A DNA stretch of 64,000 bases, from positions 62,001 through 126,000 of the forward strand of contig JAQGDQ010000317.1 in NCBI GenBank assembly GCA_030141605.1, read 5' to 3'. Origin of the DNA: Tubiluchus corallicola. Taxonomy: Eukaryota; Animalia; Priapulida. Position numbers and translations under genes: made by a program. Of this stretch, positions 24,198-37,740 are shown in pieces. A model generated the notes under the pieces. The model worked only from the letters and a program-made list of their open reading frames with translations. It did not search any database and was not told the origin of the DNA. Positions within the stretch are counted from its first letter, which is position 1. Each line of letters opens with the position of its first letter.

Positions 24198-27100
24198 ATG
24201 CCTTCTTCAAAATTATCAGATTATGAAGTTATATCGTCAATTGGTAAAGGATCGCACGGTGTTTGTAGAAAAGTCAAGAAAAGAGACAGTGGAAAGGTGT
24301 GTAATAACTTGGTGCTTTAATTTGAACATCACAGCCTTGCGTAGTTTAGCAAAAAAGTCTTCTAGGCAAATCTCAAAATTCATAGACAGCCAAATCTGTT
24401 TCTCAGTTCAAACTGTTTCTTTTTGGGCAAAAAGCCTATATAGGTTTCACCCTGTCTATCTATGGTAAATTGTGTACTCAGTTTTATCTGACTATACAGA
24501 AAGACCTACAAGTGAGGATGTCACTGTGAGCATTCGTGTACAGATCTTACCACATTAGGCTGCATCCATCTTACCATTTCCCTGTTATGCCATACCCCAT
24601 TCTAAATAGTGTTCGCAACATGCTTTCTAACTAATTGAGGTGTAATCTGTGTAACCTTTTAGCTTTTGCACATACTTTGCCTTGTATCTTATAAAACATT
24701 AAAAGTTACTAAACCTGTCCTTGGTTGGTGGGCGGGTATATTACAGCTGCATATTGGTTTCAGATTCTGACCAAAATCCCATTGTAACAACAAACTGTTA
24801 GGTCATTCCTATTTCTTACCAAAATTCAGCGGTTTAAAACAGTTGCATGATTGTTGTGTTTTAGCCAGAGTCACCTGAAATGCAATGTTGTTACAATGTT
24901 CAGAAAATTTTATTCGTGACGAAAATCTAATAGTCAGAATCTGATGTTGTCAATGGGTAGCTAATTCTCAAAAATAATTTCTTGAAATCACTAATGAGAT
25001 CCTGCAGTTCTAAGTTCGCCTAGTTCTAAGTAATTTTTCTGTTGCCACATATCCATGTACTGCTCAGACTAAGTGTTTCTTTACATTAGTTGCTAAGCAT
25101 GTAGTAACCCCTCACCAGCCTTTTTTTCATAACACTACTCTACTCTTGGCTGTCTTATCTTAAATGTTAATTTCATACTAATCAGCCTGGCCTTCTTGAG
25201 CTTGTACGTGCCACAATTAGGATTGCGACCATTCCTAATTTGGCCCGGAATCTCCTGAAATTCAGCTATAGCTCCACAGTGCGGTTGGATTTTTGAAAAA
25301 GGTTGAAATCTCCTGATTTCAACCATCGCATTGAAACTTAAATCAAAAATACCAAAATACACCTTGCATGCTATTGAAACTTTGCAGCCATTGAATCTTT
25401 GCCCATTCGCTCACTTTGCTTGAGGCAATTTGAACGTGCGAGATTTATAGGTTTTAATAGCAGAAAATTCACGCAATAGGAAATTTAGCTTTTATTTATA
25501 TGAAGTGAAGTTCATAATCATTTGATCGCTAAAAATTGTCTCCAAAGACCTCAGAGAATGTGAGAAATGTTTTGGAATTGGGGAAGAGCTCCAAAAATTG
25601 ATGTATTGCTTATATTTTTGTCAGTTTTAACCTGAAGAATGTTAGAAATCACGAAATTTGCATTACGTCTGTAGTTCTATTTCTTTATTTTTGCTTCTGA
25701 AAAAGCCCTCAAGCCCTCAAATTGTCAACAAATGCAGGAAATGTGCAGGGCACATTACAGCAGTTCCCCAAGTCTCCTAGGTTACTGACTTCTGATTTCG
25801 GTTCGTGATGAAGTGACAACCGAAGCCACAATACTAAAAACATGTGCGTGCACAAAGCAAAGCCAAATGAGTCTGGCCAGCAAACTTCAGTGTGTGTGTT
25901 ACACTAACTGCCATTTTGTAGGAAAATTGGCTTGTTGATTTCAGATTTATGTTTGGAAAGAATTAAACTATGATATGATGTCAGAGACTGAGAAGCACAT
26001 GCTCGTGTCAGAGGTCAACTTATTGCGAGAGCTGCGGCATAACCATATAGTCAGGTGATAAAAAAAATTTCAGTATTATTGGAATGGTCACTATTGAAGA
26101 GCAATGTCCACACCGTGTTGGACTTGTGATAGAAAATGCAACTCTCTTGTTGTAATATTACTAGTACATAATTTCCAGGAAACGACATTATTAATGTTTG
26201 CATGAGAATAAAGACCATTACTGGAAAAGGTGAGTTTAATTGGCGCTAGGTTTATTCTCTTTATCCATGACAAATGTTTGCTTTTTCACTTAGGTATTAT
26301 GACAGGATAGTGGATAAAACAACAACAACTATCTACATAATTATGGAGTACTGTGCTGGAGGAGACTTGGAAAAATTAATAACAAGGCAAAGAGCAAAAA
26401 GGTGGAGATATTATTTCATAGTTTCTCTTATTAAACAGTATTAGTATCCTCCGTACGTAAAATATTTGCTACATCTAGAGAGAGAGAGAAGCAAAGAAAA
26501 CATATAAAAAGTTACATCCAATAGTCACCAGAAAAGAAGGAAATAATCATAAATTTTAAACCACGAATGTTCTTTACTTCCTGAAAGCACAAAATGTTAA
26601 GCTTTGGTAAGTTTGAATGGCTTTGATTGTAACAGCAAGCTATTTTACAGGGAGTTAATAGATGAAGAATTTGTGTGGAAAATTTTTCACCAGATTGCTC
26701 TGGCTTTGAAGGCATGTCACCGCTGTACGTCTGGCAAGGCAGTCCTGCATCGTGATATCAAACCAGCAAATGTGTTTCTGGATGCTGAAGAAAATGTGAA
26801 GCTAGGAGATTTTGGTTTAGCTAGAATACTGTCAAGTGATTCAAGTTTTGCTCAAACCTTCGTGGGAACTCCATATTACATGTCACCAGTATGTTATCAT
26901 TTACTATGTTCATGGCAGTTTGTAATAGCTATTACTTGTAAAATCGCAGAACATAATATTGAGTTACCAAAATACTGAGTTACTGCTGCTGCTGGAATTA
27001 CTACTCCAAGAAATTTGCAGCTTATTACTAGAGTTATGTTCAGTATATTTAACTTTTTACTACACGAACAAACAAAAAACTTTGCCACATAAACTTACCT

Positions 27101-30100
27101 GGAATGCAAAAATATGATGTAGTCATTGCATGAGAAAATCCGTACTTATTTTTACTGTGCTATGCAAATACAGTCATACTTCTTTATATACGTCTTTGGG
27201 ACTGCAAAAAAATGGCGTGAAGCGAATTTGGCATCATAACGAAGTGCATTAATATATTTCTATAAAAATATATATATATACAGTCATACTGTATATATGT
27301 CTATTCAAATATAGGTATTTTGTTTTGCTAAAGCGAGGTTGACATTATAGAGGGGGGGGGACATTATCACAAGGTTTCGCTGTGTCCCTGATTCCCTGTA
27401 CTACTACATTGCTTTCATATTGCCAAGTTAAAGACTCATTAAGAGGACTAGTCGCACACGAGTTCTTCGAGCTTCTTTTGCTATCTTAGCTGTCTCGTAT
27501 ATGTGCATTACTTAGATGCCACATGATTTTTTTTTATTGGTTGTCGTCGATGTGTGCACTATGCAGCCCTTCTTTATCAAATATTAAAATAACATTTGAT
27601 CGCCACGTGTTTTGGTATTTTGGTCAAGTTTCGCTTTTTGTTGTACTTTACTTTTGCACATGTTCTAGTACTTTTTTTGTCCTATTTTTCATGTACAAAT
27701 TAGTTATTGTTGTAATTTTTCTAAAGATATTTTCATCATAATAACATGGATAACAATAATGACTTTGCTTTCCTCAACCCCTATTCATTTATTGAAAATA
27801 TTATACGTAATTCTTACAATAGTATACCTCATAGAAGTTTTTGTCTCAAATTTCTTACCAACTGTATTTTGCACATTATATTGGTAAAAATTTCTACAAA
27901 AGTAAACAGATTAGTATATTTTTTAGCTAATGTTTAGTGATTATATCATACTATGCAATTTATTGTAGCATACTGTAATTAAGAATATTTTATTTAATTA
28001 GGAGCAAGTCAGCAACGTTTCTTACAACGATAAATCAGACGTATGGAGTTTAGGCTGTCTGCTGTATGAACTGTGTGCTCTGGCACCTCCCTTTCTGGCT
28101 CCAAATCAACAGGAATTGGCTAGGAAAATACGAAATGGTCTGTTTCACAGGATTCCGGCAGTTTATTCTGATGACTTAAATAATATTATTAGGTCCATGC
28201 TGACCGTTGATGTAAGTGGTCTGTTGTGCAAATGCTTGGGGACCATATCAATGCTTAATTACCTTTATTTCCTAACTTAATGAATATGCCAAGTTCTGTT
28301 AACAACTTGGTTTTTACAACTTTGTCAATGTGCAACCCCTTTACAGTTGCACCATTATAGTTTTCACTGTTACAATTTGCATATAGCAGTTTCCATGTAC
28401 CATATATAACTGTTGCACTTTACAAATTATATCATGGTAAATTGTATTTAATGCTTATTTTTTGCAGATCAGGGCTTACTATCTGTCAGAGTATAAAATC
28501 CTGCTGAATTAAAGACATATATAGTTTTTAGAAATTGTCTGAGTTAAAAACTCATCGTAAAGATCATACTGATCATGTCATCAAAAATTGATAACTACGT
28601 AAAAGAAATGGTTATAATTTTTGTTTTAAAAGTACTAAAATGTTTTTATCTCAAACAAGTGACACCATTGAGTGTCACAATACTAAAATGAAAATTTTGA
28701 AAATTTGTTAATTTCAAATTCATTAGATTCTGATATAGACTGTATTCTTAACATGGTAGGACAAAAAACGGCCGTCTATTATTAATATGATGAGTGATCC
28801 ACGTGTTTTGAGACATACTGAAGCTGGTGTTGTTGGTGACGGCCAAGAAAAATTTTCATCCAGTGACACAAAAATGCAAGTTGTGCAAAAAACCAATGAG
28901 ATTTTGCAAAAAAAAGAGGAAGAACTGTCCACAAAAGAAAGAAGACTGGAAAGGCGAGAGGAAAAGATCACTGAAAGAGAGAAAAAATTAGACATGAAGG
29001 AGAAAAGGTTAATGGAGCGGCAGTTAGAAATTGAGAGTAAGTATAAACAAATCTGTTAAGTTTCCTTAAAAATTTATTTAAATTAACTGTATGAAATGTA
29101 GAATTAAATGTAGAGAATAATGTACAGTCAAACCTCGTTATAACGCCAGGTCTGGGACGCTACTAAATATGGCGTTATGGCAGGGGTTGGCGGTAAGACG
29201 CGGTTCATTAAATATGGAAGCCATTCTGTTGTGTGGCCGCCTAGTTTTTAGCATTTCCCAGTTAATTTTAATATGTGATAAATAGTATAATGTTATTATA
29301 CCTACAAGAATACATGTGTTGTATACTGTATGTTTTTGCTACGTTAACAATGCAGTAGTAGTTCTACGGTGGCACATTGTAAACCTTTTACGTGATACAA
29401 CATGAGAAGCAATCCTGTGAAATACTGGTTACTGCTGATAAAAGAAATATGCAGCCACACCACTCACCCAACATACTGGACCATTCAGACTTTAAATAGC
29501 CGCTGTGTATAACTTGACCTTGAGCTTTTACAGCCATTAAATTCCCATCGGTTCAGTACTGAAACTTAGCTACAGAACTCTTGCACTCTTAAAATGCATG
29601 TTACTTGTTCCAAACCTCAACATTCACTTTCATACAGTCATATGCAACAAGACCTAAACCTTAATTGTTTTTCTCTTCAGAGGTCATTGTTTTTTAACAA
29701 ATGACTGTTTCTTACAATACAATGGCTGTTTTTCAACAGCATTGTTCATTGTACTTTGTCTTGGTTGGCATTATAAGGGGGGTAAATTTATTATGTACAA
29801 TAGACTTTTGGCATGGCAGATACATTGGGGGATGGCAGTAGGCGAGGCTGGCGGTATTTCATATACTATATTATGGAAATCGTGACAGGGCAAAAGTTGA
29901 CGTTATGACGAGGCTGGATTTATAACGGGGGCAGTATAACGAGGTTCCGCTGTATTAGCAAGTCAAAACGTATCTCTGCCCATCTTTGTTGTGTACCAGT
30001 AATAGAAGTAAATGTACTTTAAATGCAAGTGACTCGTGGTATGTAGTTGTTGATCTTTTTATACAGGAAAAGAAATGGAATTGAAACTAAGACTTAATGC

Positions 30101-31435
30101 GCCATTTCGGTATGTGCATTTTCTTATATTATTGAAAATTAATTTTACATTCACGGTATCACTAAAAAATTCCTAAAATATACCTTTCGTCACACAAGTG
30201 ATAATTACACAAACATTTCTAGATTTGGTAGTGTATAAAGCAGACCGCCAATGTGATTATGCTATTTCTTCTCTAAAACTCCTCAATGACTCTTATGAAT
30301 CTGAAATTCAAAATTTGGTTCCATTTTCTGCAAATATTTTTTAAAGTAGAGACTAAAATACTTGAAGGTATGTGGTGTTTTTTTTAAGCTACACTATTTT
30401 CATATTTTTGCCCAATTCTATTTCAAACACTTTACAATTAATCCAATGTACCCTTGAATTCATTTTGAAGTTCAGTGAACAAACCACACATTTTGTCTTG
30501 TCTTTACTATTTTACTTTAGCTCCGAGGTGCTGCGTGACAGAACCAACCAAAAGCGGCAAAGTAGAAAGTCGCAGACAGGTTAGCATTTCGTTTCACTCA
30601 GCTTGAAAGCTTCCTGTTTTATGGTGGCAGTCTTGGGAACTAACGTGTCAAAGTCTTCCCTATTATTAGATTTCTTTGCTGTTTGGTAGTTGATTTTTCT
30701 GCATGCATGACTTGTGAATTGATTAGTTAAGTGCAGATAGAACGTAAAACTTTTGGTTATGTGTAATGCTAACACCTAGTGCCTTGTTGCTGTGCTGGTA
30801 TATAGTAAGCTGTGCCAAAGTGTTGTTTGCCCTTTGTTGCCACTTTTTTTGCATTGAATTATCATATTCAACTTCTATCGTTATTATAATAAAATAAAAT
30901 AAATATAAAATACCTCTCATAAGTCCATTCGAAACAATATGTAGTATTAGTTATATTTATGCACTATAACCCACCTATCTCTCTCTAGCTTAGAAGACAT
31001 TAGTTGATTTTAATTATGTTTTCTGTTGCCTGCCAAAAAACTTTGGTGTGGCAATCTACTAATTAATTAACATAGCGTGGTTGGTATTTACTTGACCTTT
31101 GCATAATATATTACATAAATTGTGTAATTTAAATGAGCAATAAATTCAGGCAAAAATTTTAATCGAATGTTCAGGCTATAATTTGTGCTGATAATTGAAT
31201 CAACTGTTTAAATGCTACCTTTGTTGCAGAACCATCAGCAGAGTGCTGTGCATTCAGGGATTCTGGGGAAACAAATAATTATTCAGAAAATGTCTGTTAT
31301 CGCCTTCTTAAAACAGGTAACACGGTGCACGATCGATTACAACGGGCAAAATTAAAGGCAGATTTGTTACACCCGTATGCCTTAGAAGCAGAAACTAAAA
31401 GCAAGTATTTGCTAGGTTTAATCAAAAATAAATGA
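24198..31435 (+). CDS. NEK2: Serine/threonine-protein kinase Nek2 (~449 aa)
   Basis: Exons 24198-24296, 25945-26054, 26294-26401, 26651-26888, 28002-28211, 28760-29036, 30067-30109, 30521-30579, 31230-31435 total 1350 nt in frame. Peptides: VWKELNY...LVSEVNLLRELRH, YYDRIVD, HRDIKPANVFLD, DFGLARIL, FVGTPYYMSPEQ, KSDVWSLGC, a coiled coil, and C-terminal KSKYLLG resembling NEK2A KSRQILG. Confidence 0.93.
27171..27382. mobile_element. pogo/Tigger-like MITE
   Basis: TA|cagtcatacttc...aaggtttcgctg; interior matches 36258-36436 in reverse (tttggcatcataacg.agtgcattaatat). Confidence 0.6.
29125..29952. mobile_element. pogo/Tigger-like MITE with TA target duplication
   Basis: TA|cagtcaaacctcgttataac ... 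gtataacgaggttccgctg|TA. Confidence 0.75.
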
Positions 31436-31732
31436 AACAGCTAGTACATGTAGAAGTGAAATGCCACAAATTAGCAACTTTCTTGAGTTTATCGACACGA
31501 ATCGGTTGTGATAAGAATGTGATGTCAGTGCCAATTATTCCATTGATATCATTAGAGCCAGTTATGGGTGCAAGCCACCAAGTTTAACTTTGAAAATCTT
31601 AAAGCAACAAGGAAGTGATACAATACAAAAACTAAAAATCAAGGTCACTTGGAAGCAGTGTTGCTTTACCTGCAAAACTTGAAATATGCAATAGTGCCTT
31701 AAAAAGTAATAATTTGATTTTCAAGAAATTGG

Positions 31733-32495
31733 TAGTCAAACCTCGTTATACCACCAAACTCGTTTACCGTCTGCAAAATGGCCAGGAACAAAACGGCTGT
31801 ATTCAACTGTATATAAAAATAACTCTTTATACTCTTCCTGTTATCCACCATTCACCAGGCAAATTAATATACATGTTCAATAGGGAAATAGCCTCAACTA
31901 ACGCCAGCTGCTTCTTGATATATGAAGCTGCTACACTCTCTGCTGAGTTGCTGTCACTGATCAGACGTTGTGTCGTGTAAAATAATGTGCATTATCGAGT
32001 TTTGATTGTTTGCAAGCTGTACTGTACATCGTACAATTTCAATAGTAAACGACTGATAGCTCTGATATTATTGTCAATGCACCACACAGTCATACTAGCA
32101 ACGGACAAGCGGCTCTTTTTTTGCCACTAGAGCAACCAAGCAAATCCCAGCAAGAAATTTGTAGTTATGACTCAAGTTTTTTTTAACCTATACATGTTTA
32201 GTGGAGCAGTAGGCTTACAGTTTTTTATATGGTTGAGTACAAGCCACATTTATTATGTAAACAAAATAAAACATTGATTTTGAGTGAATCATTAATTCAC
32301 AAATGATTAATTTAATAATTTTCACATAGTTCATTAACCTTTAGAGTGAAAATTGAGGACTCTAACCTATGTACACTTGCTGACTGTTGTGATTCGTCTA
32401 TGGCAAAATTTAACTCACCTCGTTATAGTGCCAAACTCACTATAACGCCAACTTTTTTCCCATCCCAAAGTGGGTGGTTCAAATAGGTCTGACTG
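31733..32495. mobile_element. pogo/Tigger-like MITE
   Basis: tagtcaaacctcgttatacc ... aataggtctgactg|TA, with internal cctcgttatagtgccaaactc repeats. Confidence 0.6.
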
Positions 32496-33440
32496 TACTT
32501 CAATTACGTCCCGTTGTTACAATATGCTGGTATTAGATTGGTAAAACACCATATTTTTTAGATTTCTCTTTCTAGATTAACCGGATTTCGAACTAACAAA
32601 TTTCGTTGTATTCGGCACATGTATTTTAATTTTAAGAACAAATGTAATATCTTTGCTATTCCACATAATCAAGCATTTAATTAAAAATTAATGTAGAGTG
32701 TTGTTTTCTTTAATCGTTACCCTCATTATGCTATTTATCACTTGTGATGCATGTAAATCTTTATATATAGGTACTTTTGCTGTGCTTGCATCTCATTAAG
32801 TGGAAAAGAGTGATATAGCCTAAAAATTTAAAGTTTTAACAAATTATTTGAAATTTAATATAAATTACGGATGTTGAACACATAAACTTCTATTTACGTT
32901 AACTTACATAATCAAACCAAATAAATGAACTTTAAAAAAGGTTACTTGTATTTTGTTTGTTTCCTATAGAATTCAAGAATTTCAGAATAGCATCACATAA
33001 AAATGACATTAGCCAGCCAAAGGATTAAGCAAGAAATTGTCCATGTCCAGGTTTATGACCGATTCAACAGGTAACACTAAAAGATGCCACATGGCTGCAG
33101 CAATACACATCATTTATCAACTTTTCAACTGTTCATCTTGAAACCTACAATTGTGAGATTGATTTGCAAAAGTGGTTTCAGTATGTAGGGATTTATGTAA
33201 TTATGCAGAATGCATCTGTTCCATATATTATTCATTTAAAAATCAAACAACATAATGAGACTCCACATGGTAACTTTAATCAACAAATTCAACAGTGTTT
33301 TGGTATCTTAAAACGAGGTGAATCTTCTATTTATCCCTATAGAGTGATTTAGTGGTTGTATTAACCTTCAAATGACAAAAAGTTTGGAACAAAACAATCA
33401 AGTATTTATGGCATTAATAACAGTATTAATTTCATTAACT

Positions 33441-33969
33441 TTACTGCTTGCTTCTGTTACCTGCACGTAAATCGATGAAGTGGTTTCTGGTATAGTCCTG
33501 AAAATGCTAAAAATTAGTTCAGACAAGTGCTAATACTATTATAATACAGCAACAGTGTAGCACATAAGCCCTTACATTGCTGGGTAGACTGGTCTGCAGG
33601 TACAGTTTCATGATTCTGCACATTATGCAAGTATGAATGGAATATCAGTTTTTCATTTTACACTACTAATGCGCATCAAATTCCCAATACATGTTCTACA
33701 CACAATTACAGCAAACAAGTATAAACCAGTGATGTTCAATAACATTAGCAAGTTCTGCGAGGGCCTCCATGAGCTCGGTCCCATTCATCCTGCCGCCTTG
33801 CCTTTGCATCCCTATCGCCTAGCAACCAGGTTTTGTTTTTCATGTGATCTAGCTTTGCACCTTCGCTTGCATCCAACTTACATCCAATGTAATAGCCTAT
33901 GAATGGAAGTGCACATAAAGCAAGTGCAGTGCCATTAAATCTGCCTCCGGCAGGTGGTATTCTCAGCAT
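33441..33969 (-). CDS. NDUFB1: NADH dehydrogenase 1 beta subcomplex subunit 1 (MNLL)-like protein
   Basis: MLRIPPAGGRFNGTALALCALPFIGYYIGCKLDASEGAKLDHMKNKTWLLGDR resembles NDUFB1 [28 protein letters not shown]. It ends either unspliced at 33745 or through a GC donor at 33801 joined to exon 33497-33441. Confidence 0.68.
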
Positions 33970-34551
33970 TCTGAATGGTGTAACGTCTGAAAAATCAAAT
34001 GATGAAAGGTGCATAAAAACTACACTGAAAAATATGAAATGTCTCAACTTCAATATGAAGTTATCTTAGTTATGACTGCTTCTTAAAGGATAAAAAAAGT
34101 TCTTTTAATATAAGTTACAGGATAAATGATTGAAAAAAATATTGTGTATAGTTCACTCGTCTTAAAAGAAATTTCTATTTTTCATATTTTACTATGAAAC
34201 TACACGAAGGTTCATCATTGTATTATGTCATGTGGCTGAAAAAGTTAAATGTAATGTATAACGCACCAGAAGTATGTTGCATGATTTTGTTGTAAACACA
34301 ATTCATCAAGCTTCCGATTATTAAAAACGTTTGACACAAAAAAAGATTTCTTTAGGGTGCCAGGAGTTTTAAGAAAACTTACGTCCTTACAATGTTGCCC
34401 ACATATCATATCTATGTAGTCCAGTACATTTTTTGCACAAAATAACATAAATTTATAATGATAAGTTTTTTAGAGCATTCATTCAATAAACTGCTATCTT
34501 CTTGTTCAACTCAACCAGTCAATTTTTTATAAAGTTACAATGTTCCACTTA

Positions 34552-35270
34552 CTATTCTAAACTTTCTTTGTCTATCTCAACAGCGAGGGTTTGATCTTTT
34601 CTGAACTGCCTCGTGTGACTCCAGTCAGCATAAATAGCGAGACCCACAATCGTAGGTACAGTAATAACGCCTAAAATTTGATGTTGTGAAATAAATTACA
34701 TTTATATAACCTTTCATTTAACCAAGCAATTAGTTTCAATGTAAGCTTCTATATAAATGATATAATCTCATGAACAAAAACACGAATGTTCCAGGTCCAC
34801 TTCTCTCTTAAAAAATTAAAGATCACTCGATCGACACTGAAAAAAGCTTTTCAAATGTGCTGAAATTTGTTTATTAAAAGTGTTATAAAGATAAGAAATA
34901 TTGTGTGGAGAGTGCAACAAGAAATTGCATAGACTATTTTATTCTTTGGCATCATAATCGATGTACTCGTAAAATAAATGATAATCGAATTTTATCTTGC
35001 CATGGATTATTAAGCAACACACCCACGCATTTATCTATCAGCCCTCAGGAGCTATAAGTAGAATGGCGATTCAACAAAACCTTGACCATTAATATTACTA
35101 CTGACTATCGTGCAAAATAAGAGCACCAAAGAAATAAACACAATAAATGGCAACGATTAATATAGGTGAGTAAACCTTTTTTGAGGCTTACCTAAATGTT
35201 TCCAGAAAAATCGAAATGGCAGCAGAAGGTACCGTGTTAAATTCGATTCTGCCGCTGATGGTGCTGCCAT
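34552..35270 (-). CDS. 65-aa small single-pass membrane protein of unknown family (two exons; absent from the ORF track)
   Basis: Exons 35270-35192 (G|GTAAGC) and 34670-34552 (ttttAG|) give MAAPSAAESNLTRYLLLPFRFFWKHLGVITVPTIVGLAIYADWSHTRQFRKDQTLAVEIDKESLE*. Confidence 0.62.
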
Positions 35271-35695
35271 GCAACAGCTCAAATGCAAGTACAGGAACTA
35301 GCCCTACTGCATGCCAAAATCACAGCCCACTGCAAAAAAATGGATTTCTGGGTTATTTCCGTTCTCTTATCTGCTGTTACCTGAAAATCCAGCAAACTAA
35401 CCAAGCACACCTTATATACATAAACTGATTAGTGATTAGAATTAAAAACGTCAAGTAAATTAAGGTTTTGAGGAATTATTTGTAGTCTGAATAGTGGCGT
35501 AGGGTTTGTGGAACAACGGCAACGTCAGGCACTTTAGATGCATCCTCGAAGAAAATCCTTAAGGCGGAATTTGTAAAATTTAGCTCTACTGCCTCCCAGG
35601 TGCGAAGAAACAAATTGTTTGTGAAGAAATAAATTCACTCTACAACGCACAGAGGCTTCTTCAAATGTCAATATTCACAGGAAAGAGTATAATTA

Positions 35696-36260
35696 CCGTA
35701 TTTTCCCATGTATAAGAGACCCTTGTGTATAAGAGACCCCTTCAATTTTTAGGTAAAAATTCTGGAAAAAAGTTTTTCGGTAATGAATAACTTTATTCAT
35801 CATAGAAATCATTAAATTCCTCATCACTCTCATCAAATGCTTGTATTGCTTACAACCGCTTCATAGTCGAACGCGACACGCCTTGCTTAGGCTGACTCAT
35901 CTCGCTGACCTCTGCCGACGTATCAATGACGTCGACGGGCATGCAGAGAGCTTATGCAGATGCATTGATTGGCTGCAGAACAATCGATTTCTCTCCAATA
36001 CCAAAGAGACATTTAAAAAAATAATAACTTACCCGGTACATTAATTTTATCATTAGAATTTAGCCATGGAGAAGATTTATTGAAAGGAAACTATAATTAT
36101 TCGAAATAAAACAGTTGTAGAGCACTTATTTCTTTAAAATCATTAGTGTCACAATTTATGCATCTTATTGAAAAGACTTACTCCCATGTATAAGAGACCC
36201 CCTATTTTTAAAGTGAAAATTCTGAGCAAAAAAGGGTCTCTTATACACGGGAAAATACAG
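35696..36260. mobile_element. Tc1/mariner-superfamily MITE
   Basis: TA|ccgtattttcccatgtataagagaccc ... gggtctcttatacacgggaaaatacag, with repeated tgtataagagaccc subterminal motifs. Confidence 0.75.
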
Positions 36261-36436
36261 TCAAACCTCGCTATAATGTCCTCCTTTATAACACCAACCT
36301 CGCTTAACGCTAACATTTTTGGCAAAACATGTCTCATATTTATATAAACATGTGCATATATATATATTAATGCACTGCGTTATGATGCCAAACTTATTTG
36401 CAGCCCCAAAGTAGGTGGTACAAAGAGGTTTGACTG
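36258..36436. mobile_element. pogo/Tigger-like MITE
   Basis: TA|cagtcaaacctcgc ... agaggtttgactg|TA. Confidence 0.75.
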
Positions 36437-37740
36437 TAAATGTAATTCACAGTTAACTCAAAACATACAGTACAATGCAGAAATATTTAAAGCAAAGACA
36501 ATCTATGCTGCAAAGATTACAACAATTACTAATTATCTTATCGTCTTCTTTTGCAACAATCAGCAGAGACGCTGTAAGTGGCATTTTCTTAGACAATTAA
36601 ATTGCCTGGTGTTTTGCCTTGCTACCTTTCTAACAGAATCAACTTATTTGGTGCACTTGATAAGTGCTGCCCGGACGAACTGCTTTCTCCTTAGCTATGC
36701 CACCGTGTTATAACATGTATTATAAAGTTTGAACGGGTCTATTTGAGTATATAGTTGGTGACTTAATAAACAAGACTGTCAAGCCAAAATCCCGCACCCA
36801 GAGTCTACTTACATAGACCTTTGTGGTGACACAAAAACATAGCTAAGATATCAAAGAGTATTCTCTTAAATTGCATATTGAGATATGTCGCAGTCACATA
36901 CAGATGCAATGCATGTATATAATGAACCTCGTAACGAACTGCACTGTGAACTTGAAAATGACTGTATGCCTAAATGACTTAACATGGCAACAAAGACAAC
37001 AGCGAATCGTTTTTCTCATGACAATGATGCTGGCTCAGTATCAAGTTTTTTGCCTCTGTATATGGGTAAGTGACATTCAGCATGTGGTAATTACAGTGTA
37101 CATTGAATATCGAATATTCGTGCACATCCATAATATATACAGTATAATCCACTTATAACGAGGCATTGTTATAACAAGCCTCTGGTTATTACGAGGAAAT
37201 TTCAAAGTCGCGCCAAATCTTAGGCTTAAATAATATATTTAAACCTCGCTAGCACGAGATCTTTCCTCGTGTCTATTTTGCCATTTCTGAAATCTGCTGC
37301 TTCTTTTTACATGCTAATAGTAATACTAATACTTATAGTAATAATATTTGTAATATGGTATGTATTGTCATATAATTGTACAGTTCATTATTTATGCTTG
37401 CAATTATTCGGTAGAGATCAATGTTCATTACAGTCTATGCAGTAATCTCTGTTGTGTTGTAATTTGAAAAAATCAAGCATATATATTATATAAAACGTAA
37501 AAAATGTGTAAAACATTACAGACTCTAAAGTATTGACAAATCCTGAAAAAACTTGGTTAATTTGAGAAGCTTGCTCATGGAGTTAAATAGTGAAATAAAT
37601 ATATGAAATAGTGTAGTTACAAAAAAACTACTACGTCTAACTGTAACTGTATCTGTCCTTTACGTCTTTTCCACTTTTTTGGACTTCTTCCGCAAGCAAT
37701 ATGCCATATCTTTGGTAGATTGATAAACTTGTCTTAGAAG

